Below the pieces are notes generated by a model. That model saw nothing but the letters and a program-made list of their open reading frames with translations, had not been told where the DNA came from and made no database searches. A program made the position numbers and the translations under genes. Shown here piece after piece: positions 35,168 to 48,387 of a stretch of DNA of 64,000 bases (positions within the stretch are counted from its first letter, which is position 1; each line of letters begins with the position of its first letter). Origin of the DNA: Botryllus schlosseri (lineage: Eukaryota); contig CM119382.1 of NCBI GenBank assembly GCA_051294905.1, forward strand, positions 25,916,001 through 25,980,000, read 5' to 3'.

Positions 35168-36465
35168 CAGCGGTTCTCAACCTTTTTTTGACACGCGCCC
35201 CCCTTGGCGATGGTCAAAAAAATCGCGCCCCCTGACCCCCCTTACATTTATCGTCATGTCAAAAAGAGCATATAATCTAATACAGAGGTGGGCAACCTTC
35301 TTGCTAATCATGGCCGCATTTCGATTACTTATGTAGCCTAAGGCCGCAATGAACGATCTGGACGCAAAATACCTATGGTAAACTGTCCATATCCATTCTC
35401 GGTGAACTTGGGACTATTCTACTTTTCACAACGGCCTATTGTACGCACCGAAATCGCGAGTGGCAATGTTATGAATAGTTGCTGGGAGTGCATATTGTCG
35501 CGCAGAGCGCGAAACTTTTTCAGAGCGACGAATGAATTGTTATTTCTTGAGGATCCCCATTCCTGCTCCAAGTAAGAAGGGCGCTACTGCATTAAAATCG
35601 AAAAATGAAGTCTTATTGAATTGCGCGGAGCGCAGAGAAAATTTCAAGATTAAATAAAATCTCTCGAAAATTCGGGAGTGAATTCGTAATTACAATTTGC
35701 ATGTCTACGGCTACCAACACATACTAATTGAATTAGGCGTCGACGGCCGCACCAATTCCCTTCTACGGCCGCATGCGGCCGTACGGGCTGCCCACCCCTG
35801 ATCTAATAGTACACATGAGGTATATTTTACGCCAATTTTGAATCCGCATTCAAGTTGTTTAGTATTTTACATTGCTGACAAACTTCCCCAAACTTGTTTG
35901 AGAATAACAAATAAAAAAAACATTGAAAAGGATATCAAATAATTTCAAGGTAGGTTGCACTGAGACTAATCCTGATGCTGGTAGTGACTACAGAGAGCAC
36001 GCCGTCGTTCTGTCCTGCCATGCTAAATTTGATCAGTTTTGGAAATGAATAAAATTGTGTTGATTTATAGCCAATTTGAAGGCGAAACCGGGCAACCTAT
36101 ATTGCATCTAAGTCTGTCTAAGCAGTGCAGTTCGCCAGCTATCAACAACAGCTACCTAGCGCACAGAGATTTAGGCTACTGCCAAAACTATGAAGTAATG
36201 AATGACTTGCACGTAGGAATTTCTCTAAATCTTCAGAGAATATCAAAAATTTGCTCAAATGAAGTTGAAGTCAGCCTATACTCCGTTGGGCCGACTGCTG
36301 CAGTTTGAGTTTGGCAAGCTTTCTAGAATACGAATTAAGTTTAATCTTCAACAATCGTCTCTTCAGAATGGTTGTGAAACACTATTAGTCACAATTTATA
36401 ACGACATTGACAAAATTGACAAAAATTTCTCGCGCCCCCCCCCCCCCCCAGGTTGAGAACCCCTG
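35168..36465. mobile_element. hAT-type MITE
   Basis: TIR CAGCGGTTCTCAAC...GTTGAGAACCCCTG. TSD CTCTAACT at 35160-35167 and 36466-36473. Confidence 0.92.
35283..35800. mobile_element. hAT-type MITE nested in the previous MITE
   Basis: TIR CAGAGGTGGGCAAC...GCTGCCCACCCCTG. TSD ATCTAATA at 35275-35282 and 35801-35808. Confidence 0.9.
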
Positions 36466-37060
36466 CTCTAACTGGATGCGACAATGTGTCTAGTTTTGCC
36501 AGACGTGGCAAGAACACTGCGTGGGCGGTCTGGACGGTACTGCCAGAACTCACTGAGGCGCTGCTGCTGCTGTCCTCCGCCGCACCACGTGACATACCAA
36601 ATGATGCAATGTGCATCATCGAGAGGTTTGTGATCTTGTTGTATGATCGAACCAGCAAATGAACGGACATTGACACGGCCAGGAGGAAACTCTGCAAGGA
36701 AGAACGATGTGCAGCTGATCCCTCCAACGAAGGCAGCTTTACAGGAACATGTCAAAGTCAAGAGGGCAGTGTATCAAGGTGGATATGTGTGGGGTCAGAT
36801 ATTGCTGCCAGCACCTGAGCTCTCTCCACCAACCAACTGGGGTTGGTCAATGACTGGAGGACAGTAAACATCATACTGGACCAGGCTACCTGAGGCAGCT
36901 CACAGCTGCATTGAGCTGATTTCTTGCAAGTGCCAGAAAGGGTGTGTGAAGCACTGCAAATGCAAGAAGGCTGGCCTTCAGTGCACAGCCCTCTGTGTGT
37001 GTGATGGGGACTGCACAAGACGATGAGTCCACAACATACATGTACTTGTGGCAGTGGCAT

Positions 37061-37190
37061 ATTAGAATTTTAGATTTGTGCATTTGATTTAGATTTGTGC
37101 ATTAGAATCTTAGATTTGTGCATTTGATTTAGATTTGTGCGTTAAAATTTTAGATTTGTGCATTTGATTTAGATTAGTGCATTAGAACTG
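37061..37190. repeat. 40-bp tandem repeat x3
   Basis: ATTAGAATTTTAGATTTGTGCATTTGATTTAGATTTGTGC repeated. Confidence 0.85.
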
Positions 37191-37741
37191 TGCATTGGTT
37201 TGAGCATTGGATTGTGAAATTGGTACCATTGGATTCCTTGACCCAAAAAACATACATTTTGACACCAAAATGAAGTCAATCAATAGTAGCATTTGACCAA
37301 GACATAATCCCAAATGTAGATTTCAAATGGCGGCCATTTTGAAATCCAATATGGCGGACATAAAGAGAGAATTCCGAGTGGCTCAATATCTGAAAATGTT
37401 CGCAACATATTAATATACATGTGTGCCAAATTTTGCGCTTGTATCACAAAATGCACAATAGGTTTGCTATGCTGCCCCACTACAACAGAAAAGCACTGTA
37501 CTTTCTTTCAGTATTATTCAGTTGACGGCTGAAGAAGGCTAATGGCTTCCAAACACTCCCCAACTTCTGTTGAAGGACGCGCCCAACTGCCACATGCGTC
37601 GCGTCTACATTTTGGGCTATTGATGCATCTGTTCTAGGATGCACCATAAGTGAGGCCTTGACTAAAGCAGCCGTAGTAGCGATGAAAGTTGTTGTCATGT
37701 CCGTTGGCCGCTGGACAGTTTGAGTCATTCAGTATGGAGTC

Positions 37742-38200
37742 TTTTTTATTTATTATCATCATTGGTTTATTAGCAATTTTATCAGTTCAATACACCACAA
37801 AAAATGCGATACAATGAAAAGACAGGAAGATGTCGAAGCGACAAGGAGTAGTCTATGGAATCTGACACCCACCTTGGCCTAGGCGATGTAAAGAGGAGGC
37901 ATGCACACTGAATGAAAGTAAAGAAGATAGTATAGAAAAAGAATGCGACAAGAAATAGGGCGGCATGTCATGGGAAGCGAGATCGATAGGTCAGTCGTGG
38001 TCCGGTAATCTCGAGGATGGACTGTATTTATTGATGATTCATTCTGGTATCTTGATATGCTTGAGTTGAAATTCGTATTGTTTTGATGATCGCTATCCGT
38101 CTGATGGGCAGTACACTTTCATAGGGTGTTACACTCACCATCACTGACTTGGGCAGATCGCAACAAGGAAAGGGAAATAAAACCACGAAAACCGAGTTTT
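37742..38200 (-). mobile_element. Probable CR1/L2-type LINE 3' end
   Basis: Minus-strand AATAAATAAAAAAG tail and a CR1-like 3' UTR. Coding remnant is very degenerate. Confidence 0.4.
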
Positions 38201-38347
38201 CAACTCAGTGTGGAACAGTAAATTAGCTTTCACATGGATAAATGGAAACCCGACGAGTCTTATTTGTCGAAGAACAGTCGCCTTAACGAAATACCTCTTC
38301 TTCAAGAAAAAAAAAACGTTACTAGTTTAGTGTCAAATCATGCAATC

Positions 38348-39276
38348 TAGGGATGGTGTGAACGTGAGGTTCACGTTCGCGTTCTGTGTGTGAACCTCGG
38401 AAAATTTGAGGTTCGCGTTCACAACAGAACCTTGGTAGGTTCTGCACTGTGAACCTTTTTCATATATTGCCATTTTCACTTCATTTTAACATCTTCGGTT
38501 CAAATTTATTGACTGCGGGCCACTCTATGCATGAAGCTGGCAGCATAAACATTCAACACTAAACGAGCATGCCCTTGACAATCTCAAATATTTACTTGTA
38601 TTGTAACAAAAGTTTGCTCGAAATATCCAGCTTTCCGTCTGTGCAAATTTAGTGTCTCTGTGCTGTGAGCTTGACCCGCAATCACATGATATCAAGAGCG
38701 AAATACACGGTATTTTGTCAGCAATTTTGTCAACCAATCAATGAGATTGATATCGTCTTCTGATGTAAAAATCTAGCAGGCGTACGGGGTCAATCTTGAC
38801 TACATATGTATACTGTATCATAAAAACCAAATCCGTGCGACTGGGGTGTTGGCTATACTGCTGTATAACTTGTTAATCGGTAGCAAGTATAGATTTTACA
38901 CTCTGCTCAATATCCATGTGGCAATACTCAGACGCCGAATACATTGTCCGATCAGGTCGAAATTGTTGGCAAAGCGACGCAAGATACTGATTTTATGGGA
39001 TTATTATATCATTTGATTGCCCCAGTTGATACATTTGGCGACGTTTCAAACGTCAATATGTACTTAAGTACTGAGTTATTATGTGGCCCCGAGTCGTCGC
39101 TCGGTATCGTGTACAGTAGATTATTACGGGCAATCACCTAATTGAAATATGGGGTTGAAATTAGCAATATGACGTCACGTGACGTCATGAGGTTCACGTT
39201 CGTGTTCACACAGAACCTTTCAAAAAGGTTCACGTTCACACGAACCTGAACCTTTCAGAGGTTCACACCATCCCTA
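38348..39276. mobile_element. hAT-type MITE with GTTCAC/GTGAAC arrays
   Basis: TIR TAGGGATGGTGTGAAC...GTTCACACCATCCCTA. TSD is imperfect (ATGCAATC vs ATTGCAATC). Confidence 0.8.
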
Positions 39277-39899
39277 ATTGCAATCCATATTTCGAGGCAT
39301 TGTTAAAATTGGCCACAACGTTACAGAGGCATAGTTCAAAATTGCCTAGAATATTGCTAAAGCCAAGAAGACAGCTTGAGAAGATGGGATTTCAGAAAAC
39401 TTTAGCAGACTGTGCGATTTCTGGAATTTAGCAACAACCTGGGAAATCTTGAATCTACAGTTGTATAATTCAACCGTTACCAAATGAGTAACATTAATCG
39501 AGGACCACCCAAAAACATCAAGCTGACAAAGCTGACTTATGTAGGATAATCATTGATAGGGCTCCAGCCATGGTGAGAAAGGAGAAAAATCGGTTTGATT
39601 TACTTACGCCACTGGAAGATAACATATTCACACAAACAGCAATTGCAAACTTACGAATTATTGCTTTAGTATGCATAAACAATTGAATAGTATATTCATA
39701 TTGAAATGAACCCGAATATTTTCGGTTGACACTCGTCAGGGGTAATCGTCAGCAACTAGAAGAGATTTCAAAAGAACAGCGTATATCAACAATCGTAACA
39801 CAAAATATGACGTCACCAGCACGAAATGTCGAATACGAGAGCGTTCAATGTACTATTTTTAGATGATACACGAACTCTTTTTGTTGACACAGCCTTGGC

Positions 39900-40485
39900 T
39901 GGTGTATTTTGATAAAAGTCGACTCCGAGGCACTCAAATGAAAGTGTGAGCGACCCTTTCCGAGTATGCGAAATCTGTCGTCTCGCTAATTTTCCGCACA
40001 GGCGGGATTATTCAACAAGTGTTTGCCAATTGCAGAATTTATGGCCTTTGATTGTTCCGCATAAATCTTGAGCGGATGAGTTAAGGGTGAGCTTTTCGCC
40101 GAACGTGTTCTAATGAATCTAGGGACATGCTGATTTATGCGTTCCTGCAGGCGCTTTGACGTTCTTGCCACGTAGCCACAATCACAGTGACACTTAAATT
40201 CGTAAACTGCATTGCTTTGTTGAAGTGCGGGAAGCACGTCTTTACGTATTGCAGGGAGCAGTTGCGTTGTTGTGAAAATCACGATGGTCTTCGCTGTGTC
40301 GAATCACTTATTGACCGCAGATATCATTTGCTTTTCAAAGCGGGTGGAAATAGGCCCTATCCAAGGTAGATGGATGTAATCATCTTTGGTTGCTCGTTCG
40401 GTAGGCTCTGTTGACTTTTCTGCATTGAATTGCGTTACTTGATGACAGGTTCAGGGTAACCGTTATCAAGTAAGATTTTGCGGAT
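39900..40485 (-). pseudogene. Penelope-like element fragment (RT C-terminus + GIY-YIG endonuclease)
   Basis: KILLDNGYPEPVI, HLPWIGPISTRFEK, SNAVYEFKCHCDCGYVARTSKRLQERINQH, SAIGKHL. Confidence 0.8.
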
Positions 40486-41200
40486 CAGACATGGGGTAAT
40501 CGCGATTAGTAATCGTAATCGATTACAGCATTTTCAAGTAATCGTAATCGCAATCGATTACATTCGAAAAAATTCCGAAGTAATCGTAATCGTAATCGAC
40601 TACTTCCCATATCTAATCGATTTCTTTGTGAAAGAACGATTACTTTTTATTCGTACAAGGACTATGACATAAACTGAACATTCGTGAACAAGGAAGATGT
40701 ATTATAGCAGGTTGATGATAATACAAACGTCTGATTTTTTAAATGCCATTGCTCATTATTACGTCAGAAGTAGCCTATTAGCGTTGCTAGTCACTGCGTA
40801 AGAAGTATCCACAGTAAAGAGACATTCGATGTACGTCACGTACATTCGTGTGATTGTAAGAACACCCGCCGTGCTGTATATCAGGTTATTAACCCGTTCC
40901 ACACGCCAGTACCCCGCAGCAGGAAAATTAATCACCACTCTACCTAGTAACTTGTGTATTGATGTTTGGTTTTGCAAACGCAGTTTGACAGTTGCTGCTT
41001 GGCGAGCAGTAGGCCTATGTAGTACGTATGTGCGTACACCGGACAGAGCTTTGAAATTTTGCACTCGTCAAATAAAACATTACGGTTTCCACAACGAAGC
41101 AATAAAAATCAACAGTTGCTGATATATATCACAACCGAGCCGTTTTTGCCGTTTCTCGTAGCGGCAGCTTGCAGTACATTATCTGTATTAAGTTGAAGGC
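40486..41200. mobile_element. Second, inverted copy of the GTAATCGATTAC hAT family; other end not found
   Basis: Starts CAGACATGGGGTAATCGCG and is the reverse complement of about 20298-19930 and 18790-18400. Confidence 0.75.
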
Positions 41201-44200
41201 AGAATTTTATGTATATGTGTCGAGACTCGGGAATATCAACTAGATTCCCGTTTGGCCTCCACAACGGATAAGACGAGCGAGGCCCAAGATCGAGAACTGC
41301 ATTCGCTGTTCCTGAAGTCGACTGACCCATGTTCAGCTACTATTGATATGGAGCTCTTCTCCACTTCGACGTTCAAAGCTCTCATTTGAATATTTGCTAC
41401 TACCACTGCGGGCGACTGATCCCGTCCTTACGGGCGACCTTGCGCCCGCGATCACCACGTTGGCTACCCTTGAAATGAATCCATTTTCCCAGACCAACAG
41501 TCGCTGAGTATGCTTCTCTGGATCCCTACTACAACGATGTGACGTTAGGATCATTGCCGATATTTTATCTCTAATAGTCCATACCGATATTTATTTCAAA
41601 GTTTGATATCGACTCGATATTATCGTTCGGGCTTTGATTATATCTTATGCTCGCACGTCCACTGACTGTTCTATACGGGTCTGTCTGTAAAACACTGGGT
41701 CACAATGACTCGAGTCACGATATTTTGGTGACTAGACTTGACTCGAGTCATTCAAATGCGTTTATAACGACTCGACTTGAGCAATTAGTGTGTTGCCTCG
41801 ACTTGTACTAGAGTCATAGAGCATGTCTCGAACAAAGTCATTCGACTCTAGACTAGGACGGCCAAGACAGACATTTCATCGTAACTTCGAAGAATCGTTA
41901 AGTAATCACATTATCGGGATTTCGTCTATCATTTCTGATACTTGGAAAATAGGGCCAGGAAGTGTTAGGACGGAGGAAAATTACGATATTATGTATGCGA
42001 GCCATTTTATATCACTCGGGCATAGTTTAAAAAAATTGGGCTTAACCAGATTGAACTCAGAAGTGAGCCGTGAACACAATGACTTGAACTCGGACTCAAG
42101 TCAAAAGACTATGACTCGGATTCTGCCCTCTTCTAGCTGACTTGGACTCGGACTTGAGTCGGTCGCGGTGTTTCTTTGACTTCCTCTTGAATACCAACGC
42201 AGAATACTTTCACCACTTTTACTCTTACGAGATGTATTCATACTGATAGAAGACAGCTTCTGGCTCGATTTGTCTCGAGTCATGTGACTTGGCTTTTGCA
42301 AGTATATGGTGCTAGAGAGCAGGCTTGTGATGACTCGAGTCATTTTCTCAAAATACAGAAATGACTGTCATTGCGCTTGACTCGGACCAAGTCGAGACTC
42401 AATTCGAGACTCAGAAGGTCAAGACCGACATTTCATTGTAATTTAGAAGAATACTGAAGTAACCACACTATTGGTATTTCGTCTATTGGTAGGCCTACTA
42501 GTACTTGAAAATGCCACCAGAAACTGGTAAAAGTAAGGTATACATATATGCTTTGTTACGGAGGGATGAGGAGCACCCCAATTATTCCCATACTGTCTGC
42601 GTGTGGGGAAATGCCACTGGACCTACGACACAGGTATTTATGTATGAAATTCAGATCCAAGGTGAATGCTGATTTGCAGCACCCGTGGCGAGAGCAGCTT
42701 CTCCAGTTATCGTGGGAGGAACAATGGCTGAAAAGAAAGCAATTCGTTTGCTTCAATCAAATTACATATCGACCGAATTGCGACGAAAATGGAGATGGTC
42801 TGTTGCAGTTGAGTAAAATAACCCATCCACCTTGGACGTTGCGTCGAGCACGTACAGATTTAAAGGGGCGCTGCACTCAAAAAATGATGTGGTCTCAAAT
42901 TGATGGGCAAAACGAAATAAATTTTTTGGCCGCAGCCATTTTCTTAAGAACGCCACCGTAATGGAGCTGCAATTTATTGAAATTTCCAGAAACACATCCG
43001 TCTGCAGCTGTCGCGGCTCCGGGTCATTTCTTAACCCGTTACATGGCACGATGACTTCATGGTCGCACTTGCTCGATGCGATTAGGCAGTCACGCAGAGG
43101 ACGAACTTAAGATAGTTGTGAAATTTTATGAAGAGCATGCGATGCGTCATTTCCTTTGACTTCACACTATGTAACGGCACAACTTCTCGATGTCATTGCA
43201 GCTTGCAATAATGTCAATGTATAGTCTCAATACTATTATGGAGACTCTGGGTAGAGCAAGACAATACCGTAGACCAGTGCTTTTCAACCTTTGTGAGCTC
43301 CATTCACACTTTTTTAGAAAAACAATTTAATTCGCACCAGTCAGCTCGAATTTATTACACAAAAATAAAAGCTTATCACTTTTGTATTTGTGGAGCTTCC
43401 TGTAGGTACAGAGCTTCATTATTTCACATTCAGCGTATCGTATTGTTGATTAATCAAATACTAAAATCACTGCAGTAGAAAAATCACAGATATCGCACTT
43501 CCGCTGTTCTCAAGGTGTTCGTTGCCTTTTCTGGGGGTATCGTGCAGTGATTTCTTTCGAAGCTCAAAGGGCGAACCCACGAACAATAGGGTTTTTCAGA
43601 TTTGGGCATTTTTTGGAAACTTGTTTTGCGTAGTTCCAAATGATAGTTTAGTACATAAAACACTTCTATAAGCGATTTTGGTAATTTTCATCACGATCTT
43701 CCTTGCCCGCAAAGCCCCCATAGATCCATGGGCCAATCCTCCTTACTACTGAAGATTCACCCCGCCGGTTTGTAGCTTTTGAGAAGTTCGCGGTAAAAAA
43801 CGGCTGAGCAGAGGTGGGAAATAGGAGGTTGAAACATCTATTAGACGATTGAACATACCTCAGTCCTATACATGCCAAAGGTATCCCACCTTCTGGTATT
43901 TGGTACAGGTAGCCGGGTCGTATGTACGAACGAATACCGTCATTTTCATCTGGTTTTTACTTCGTAAATGTTAATGAAAGACATATGGTATATGAATGTA
44001 ATGTCACCTTTATAGCAGCTCCAATTCACCTACTCTATATCAGGTTTTGCAGTATTCGATACGTATGACAGAAAGATCCCGCCCCTCTCCCCCGACCACA
44101 AAAACTCAGGGCTGTCCTGTTCAAGACATTGTCATAGCGAATACGGCCAGAATACCTAGCTACAAGCTCACGATACTTGGCTTCTTCTTAAAAGATCATG

Positions 44201-45219
44201 ACAATTAAGTCATGGCGCCAAAATGAGAGACCTGATCCTCAACTACAAATGTCATTCTGTCAAAAAATGTCCATGGTCTTCCTACAGAAACAATAATCTC
44301 AATACATATTAGTCATTGTCGTTGTCGGCACCCAATATGGTATGTTCTTACAACTGAGTTCACATAAAAAGCAAATACCTGGTACAGACTATGTTTATGA
44401 AACTTGATGAATTTATTGTACGGAAATTTGCATTATCAGACTTGAAAAGCAGGATAAGCCAAAACACAAATCCGCACACAGTACGCCGACCATTTACGTG
44501 ACTTGAGACAATTGTGAAAGATGAAACGGAAGTTAATATCATTGAAGAACATGTTGAGAATTAGGTAAACATAAAAACAAAAAGTGGGTAACGACAGGCT
44601 CTAGTCTCAGGCGGGCTTATAAGGATTTCAGTGTGGATTTATTGAAGTTGTGATACTTCTGACGGTGTTGCTCAACAACTTGCAACAGACTTTCCTCTTG
44701 GAGTTTATCATCTGTGATGATCGAAGCAGTGGTGGCTTTATGATTGGGGGGGGGGGGGGGGGGGGGCTGGGCGAAACCTTCGGGGGGGCCCCCATATCCA
44801 AGTGATTGTAGCTTCTGGGGGGCTGTGCCCCCCAGACCCCCCACGACAAATGTCAGATTGCTATCTATTTCGCAGGGATGCTGGATTAGGCCTATGATCT
44901 ATATATTATCTGGAAAGGAGATATTGTTGCGTGAATTGGCGTAAAGAAGAAATGCGTGACAATGTGACAAAACACCAGTAATACCACGGGAACACATAAC
45001 AATGAACATCCCCTTCAGAAAAATAAACTAAACACATTGGAATATTAATTTTAGCTGGACACGATTTTACATAACTTTGCAAAGTATTCCATACCAACAT
45101 AATCATGCAAAAAATGTGGTATAACATGACATAGAAATACAACCAGAAAAAGTGTGGTTACAATCTTACAAACAAGAAGTTGAAACAGCAGTAATCTTCA
45201 AATGGTCCAATTTACCTTA

Positions 45220-48200
45220 TTACTTTATTAGGAAACAGCATTTTCTAGCTTTTTGCTTCGCAAACTCGTCAATTAGTAAGTTGTGATCAAGGCCATAATT
45301 TATTTCACTTTCTATACACATCAGTGCCAATCCATTTAGACGCTCTTGGCTCATTCGAGATCGCAAAAAAGTCTTAATTAATTTCAATTTCGAGAATGAG
45401 CGCTCACCACTTGCCACAGACACTGGTATGGTCAGAACGATTCGCAGAGCCTCAGACAGATAATGGTAGTCAGAAAGCATCCCGCCTTTGGCTAGATACC
45501 GCAAGGCATCCAGAGCCGTTACACCAGGACCTTTATTAGGAATACTAATAAAGGACTCGATTTCTCCCAACAAGACACCTGCATCAATGTCCTCACCAAG
45601 AAACTGCTCGATCTTATCACATGCCTCAGCTAAAACTTCATGACTTATTTTATCAGGCTCGAGTGTCATGATATTCAGTAATGTACTGAAGTTTGAGTAA
45701 AATTTACCCAATTGACTGAATCTTTCTTCCATGGATAGAATGACAGTGTCCACCATCACATTGAATACATCAACTTCATATTTCTTCTCAGCTGAGAGAA
45801 TTTCGTCATTGCCAACGGCCTCATCAAAAAATCCAGTTCGGCTTCTTTGCCTGGAGTGCTGAAATGAAGTTTGTATCGCCACTCCATCAACCACTATGCC
45901 TCTGACCAACTGATCTGCCTCATCCACAGATTGCTGGAAGCCATCAAGACGAAAACGTCTGATCCACGTAAGGAGACCAGAAATCATACTTTGCATGATG
46001 TCTACCTGGATGGACTGCTTTTGTAAATGCTGAGAGACAACATGAACTTGAAATAGCACCTTGTACCAGATAACAGAGCTAAGAATGAATTCATAAGAAC
46101 AAACTTCCTTCAAAATCCCAGTTATATCAGCAGCACTTTTCCCATCACCTAAAACCTGGGAACTCTGCAAAACCATTAGAAGTGACTTAATCACTCCATC
46201 CAAATGAAATCTCACCACTTCTACAGACCGAATTTTACTCTCCCAACGAGTGTCGCTGGGATATTTCACAACTTTACAGCAATTTTCTTTCAGAATGTTC
46301 CATCGTTTGGTAGAGGATGAAAATGCCGAATACAGTTTTTGGAGAAAACCGAAATAAACATAGAATCTTGTACAACATTTTGCAGCATCACAGAGAACCA
46401 GATTCAAGGAATGAGATCCACAGGGCATGAAAAATGCATGTTCATTCAAATCCAAAATTTTCTTTTGTACACCAGCATTCCGGCCAGCCATGTTCGCACC
46501 ATTATCATACCGATCAAGATAGCGTAATGGTTAAGCGTCCGGCTTCTTGATCGGTAGGTCGTGGGTTCGATTCCCGGCCGGGTCAGACCAAAGACCTGAT
46601 TAGTAACACTGGTATCCATGGCTTCCCTGCTTGGCGCTAATGCATTACTGGGAAAGCATGGAGGGGTGGTGCATGACTTAGAAAGTCGTAAAGGCTATAT
46701 CTGCACTTCCTTGTCCAGCGGCATATGCACATCATGCACTCATGGTATGCATATGCGCAGATCGTGTGTATGTATATCATGAGTCGGTGTATATGCCGCA
46801 AAAACATCAAGGACAAAAATAAACTACGTCCTTTCCTTTCCTTTCATACCCCTGACCTCTACAATTCGCAATATCCAAACCAAGCTCGTTCAGTCGATCA
46901 AGCAAAGCATTAGTGAGACCCAACGAGGTAGTTTCTTTAACATTAAGAAAGCCAGTGAAATGCTCTCTTACAGAAACATCCCCTTCAGTATCCACATATC
47001 GAACTACAAGCGTCATTTGTTCTTCATGACTGCAATCAGGAGTACAATCAAGAATGACACTGAAGTATGTGCATCTACGAACATCAGAAGTTATTTGTCC
47101 AAGAATATTTTTTCCCACCAAGGAAATCAACTCATTTTGAATATTTTTACCTAAATAATTATCGGGTAACTGTTGATTCTTTACTTTCTGAGTATGCTCT
47201 GCAAGAATTGGATCAAACTTGGCTAGAAGTTCAACAAGACCTAGAAATTGACCTTGATGTGGATCCCCTAGCCGTTCATGTCCAGCAGTACCTCGTAACG
47301 CACAGTGATTTCTTGCTAAGTACTGGATGATTGCAAGCAAGCGTTTAAGAATAGACCTCCAGTATTCAACAAGCTCACTGTGCCTGCTTTGTATATTCTT
47401 CTGCAAATCGGTTGGGTTTGTCAGAGCTGCACGATTTTCAGAATACAAATGCACCGCTTTAAAATGTTCCTTAGAGGCTTCATGTTCACATAAGATTTTA
47501 CTCATGTGCTTCCAGTCCCTGCAACCATCACTGACCAAACTACCTCTACCCGAGGAGAATAATTTGCAAAAAAAGCAATACACTGCATCCTTCGACTTTG
47601 AATATACTAACCAAGTACGTTTCTGCAGTTTATTGTTTTTCAGCTTCCTTTGAAAATGAGTCACGGAGATCTTTCTGTCTTTAGTGACAGGAAACACAAA
47701 ACAACTCAATTCATCTTGAACTGGCCCCCTGGCAACAACTTCATTTTTCTCTGATATACTCAGTCTAGATGGCCACACTCCAATATCATCGAATTTTCTG
47801 ACTACCTTTTCAGTGTTAGCGCGAACATAAGTGGAGGATTGATCTGCTTCAAACTCTAATCCGGGTTGTGATTGAGCATTACAACTGCCTTGAGATTCAA
47901 TCTGCGTAATACCAGGTCCGTCAGATAGAGCATTCCTTACTAGTTCTTCAGGGGTAATACTACAGCAAGGTGAGGTGCTCGGTGAGTGGAGCAATAATTC
48001 GTCTCTAGCAGCTGGCACATTTTCATTATTGTCGCAGTTGTCAGCAGGCTGTCTATGACATTCAGTTTCCCCAACAACAGGCCAACATACCGCAGAATCA
48101 CTGTACTTTGACTGGGTTGTGGTACCTAATGATTCTCCTGCGCAATGAACAGCTGAGATTTCTCTATTTATTATCACTGGGAGCTTCTCTTGCAAGGTCA

Positions 48201-48387
48201 TTGGTTTAAAAACATCCTCCTGAAGTTGTGCTTCACTTTGAATTTGTTCCGAACATTCTTGAGACTGTTGAGACGGCTTCAAATATTTATGAAGCAGTCC
48301 AAAATTTGCCTTGTCATTATCTTTCTGTACCTGAGCCAACTTCCTTTTCTGATATCCAGGCTCACATTTAGCATGTACCCGTGGCAT
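45220..48387 (-). pseudogene. hAT transposase (TTF zinc finger, DUF4371-like core, C-terminal dimerisation domain); about 942 aa once the SINE is removed
   Basis: WLVYSKSKDAVYCFFCKLF, ILDCTPD, GY-DNGANM (rejoined), CGSHSLNL, DTRWES, SGERSFS. Confidence 0.93.
46512..46843 (+). mobile_element. tRNA-derived SINE with a conserved-looking central domain
   Basis: TSD TCATACC at 46505-46511 and 46844-46850. A box TAGCGTAATGG, B box GGTTCGATTCC, (CCTTT)n tail. Confidence 0.9.

Larger units (their letters stand above)
32213..37025 (+). pseudogene. Academ transposase + XPG/PIN-like nuclease + Cys-rich finger
   Basis: Motifs TLDQPL, MFGGLHIEM, PIDQTHEQNN, VLDGAA, DLVWDTY, HEEADSR, DTDVVV, HALT-GCDNVSSF (rejoined across the MITE) and CKCQKGCVKHCKCKKAGLQCTALCVC. 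Several frameshifts and stops. Confidence 0.8.
31668..37482 (+). mobile_element. AcademX-type DNA transposon, internally deleted and interrupted
   Basis: TAG...CTA termini, 3-bp TSD CAA (31665-31667, 37483-37485), about 270-bp imperfect TIRs. Confidence 0.8.
31600..37728 (-). pseudogene. Ty3/gypsy RNase H fragment split by the Academ element (37728-37483 and 31667-about 31600)
   Basis: VDATHVAVGRVLQQ...KPLAFFSRQLNNTERKYSAF continues across the TSD as LLTLHLITRKFRYFLEGRRFTI*T. Confidence 0.75.

Noticed and set aside
44130-44400. Hydrophobic minus-strand translation vaguely like an ion-channel transmembrane helix
   Set aside because: Multiple stops, no splice support, similarity too weak.
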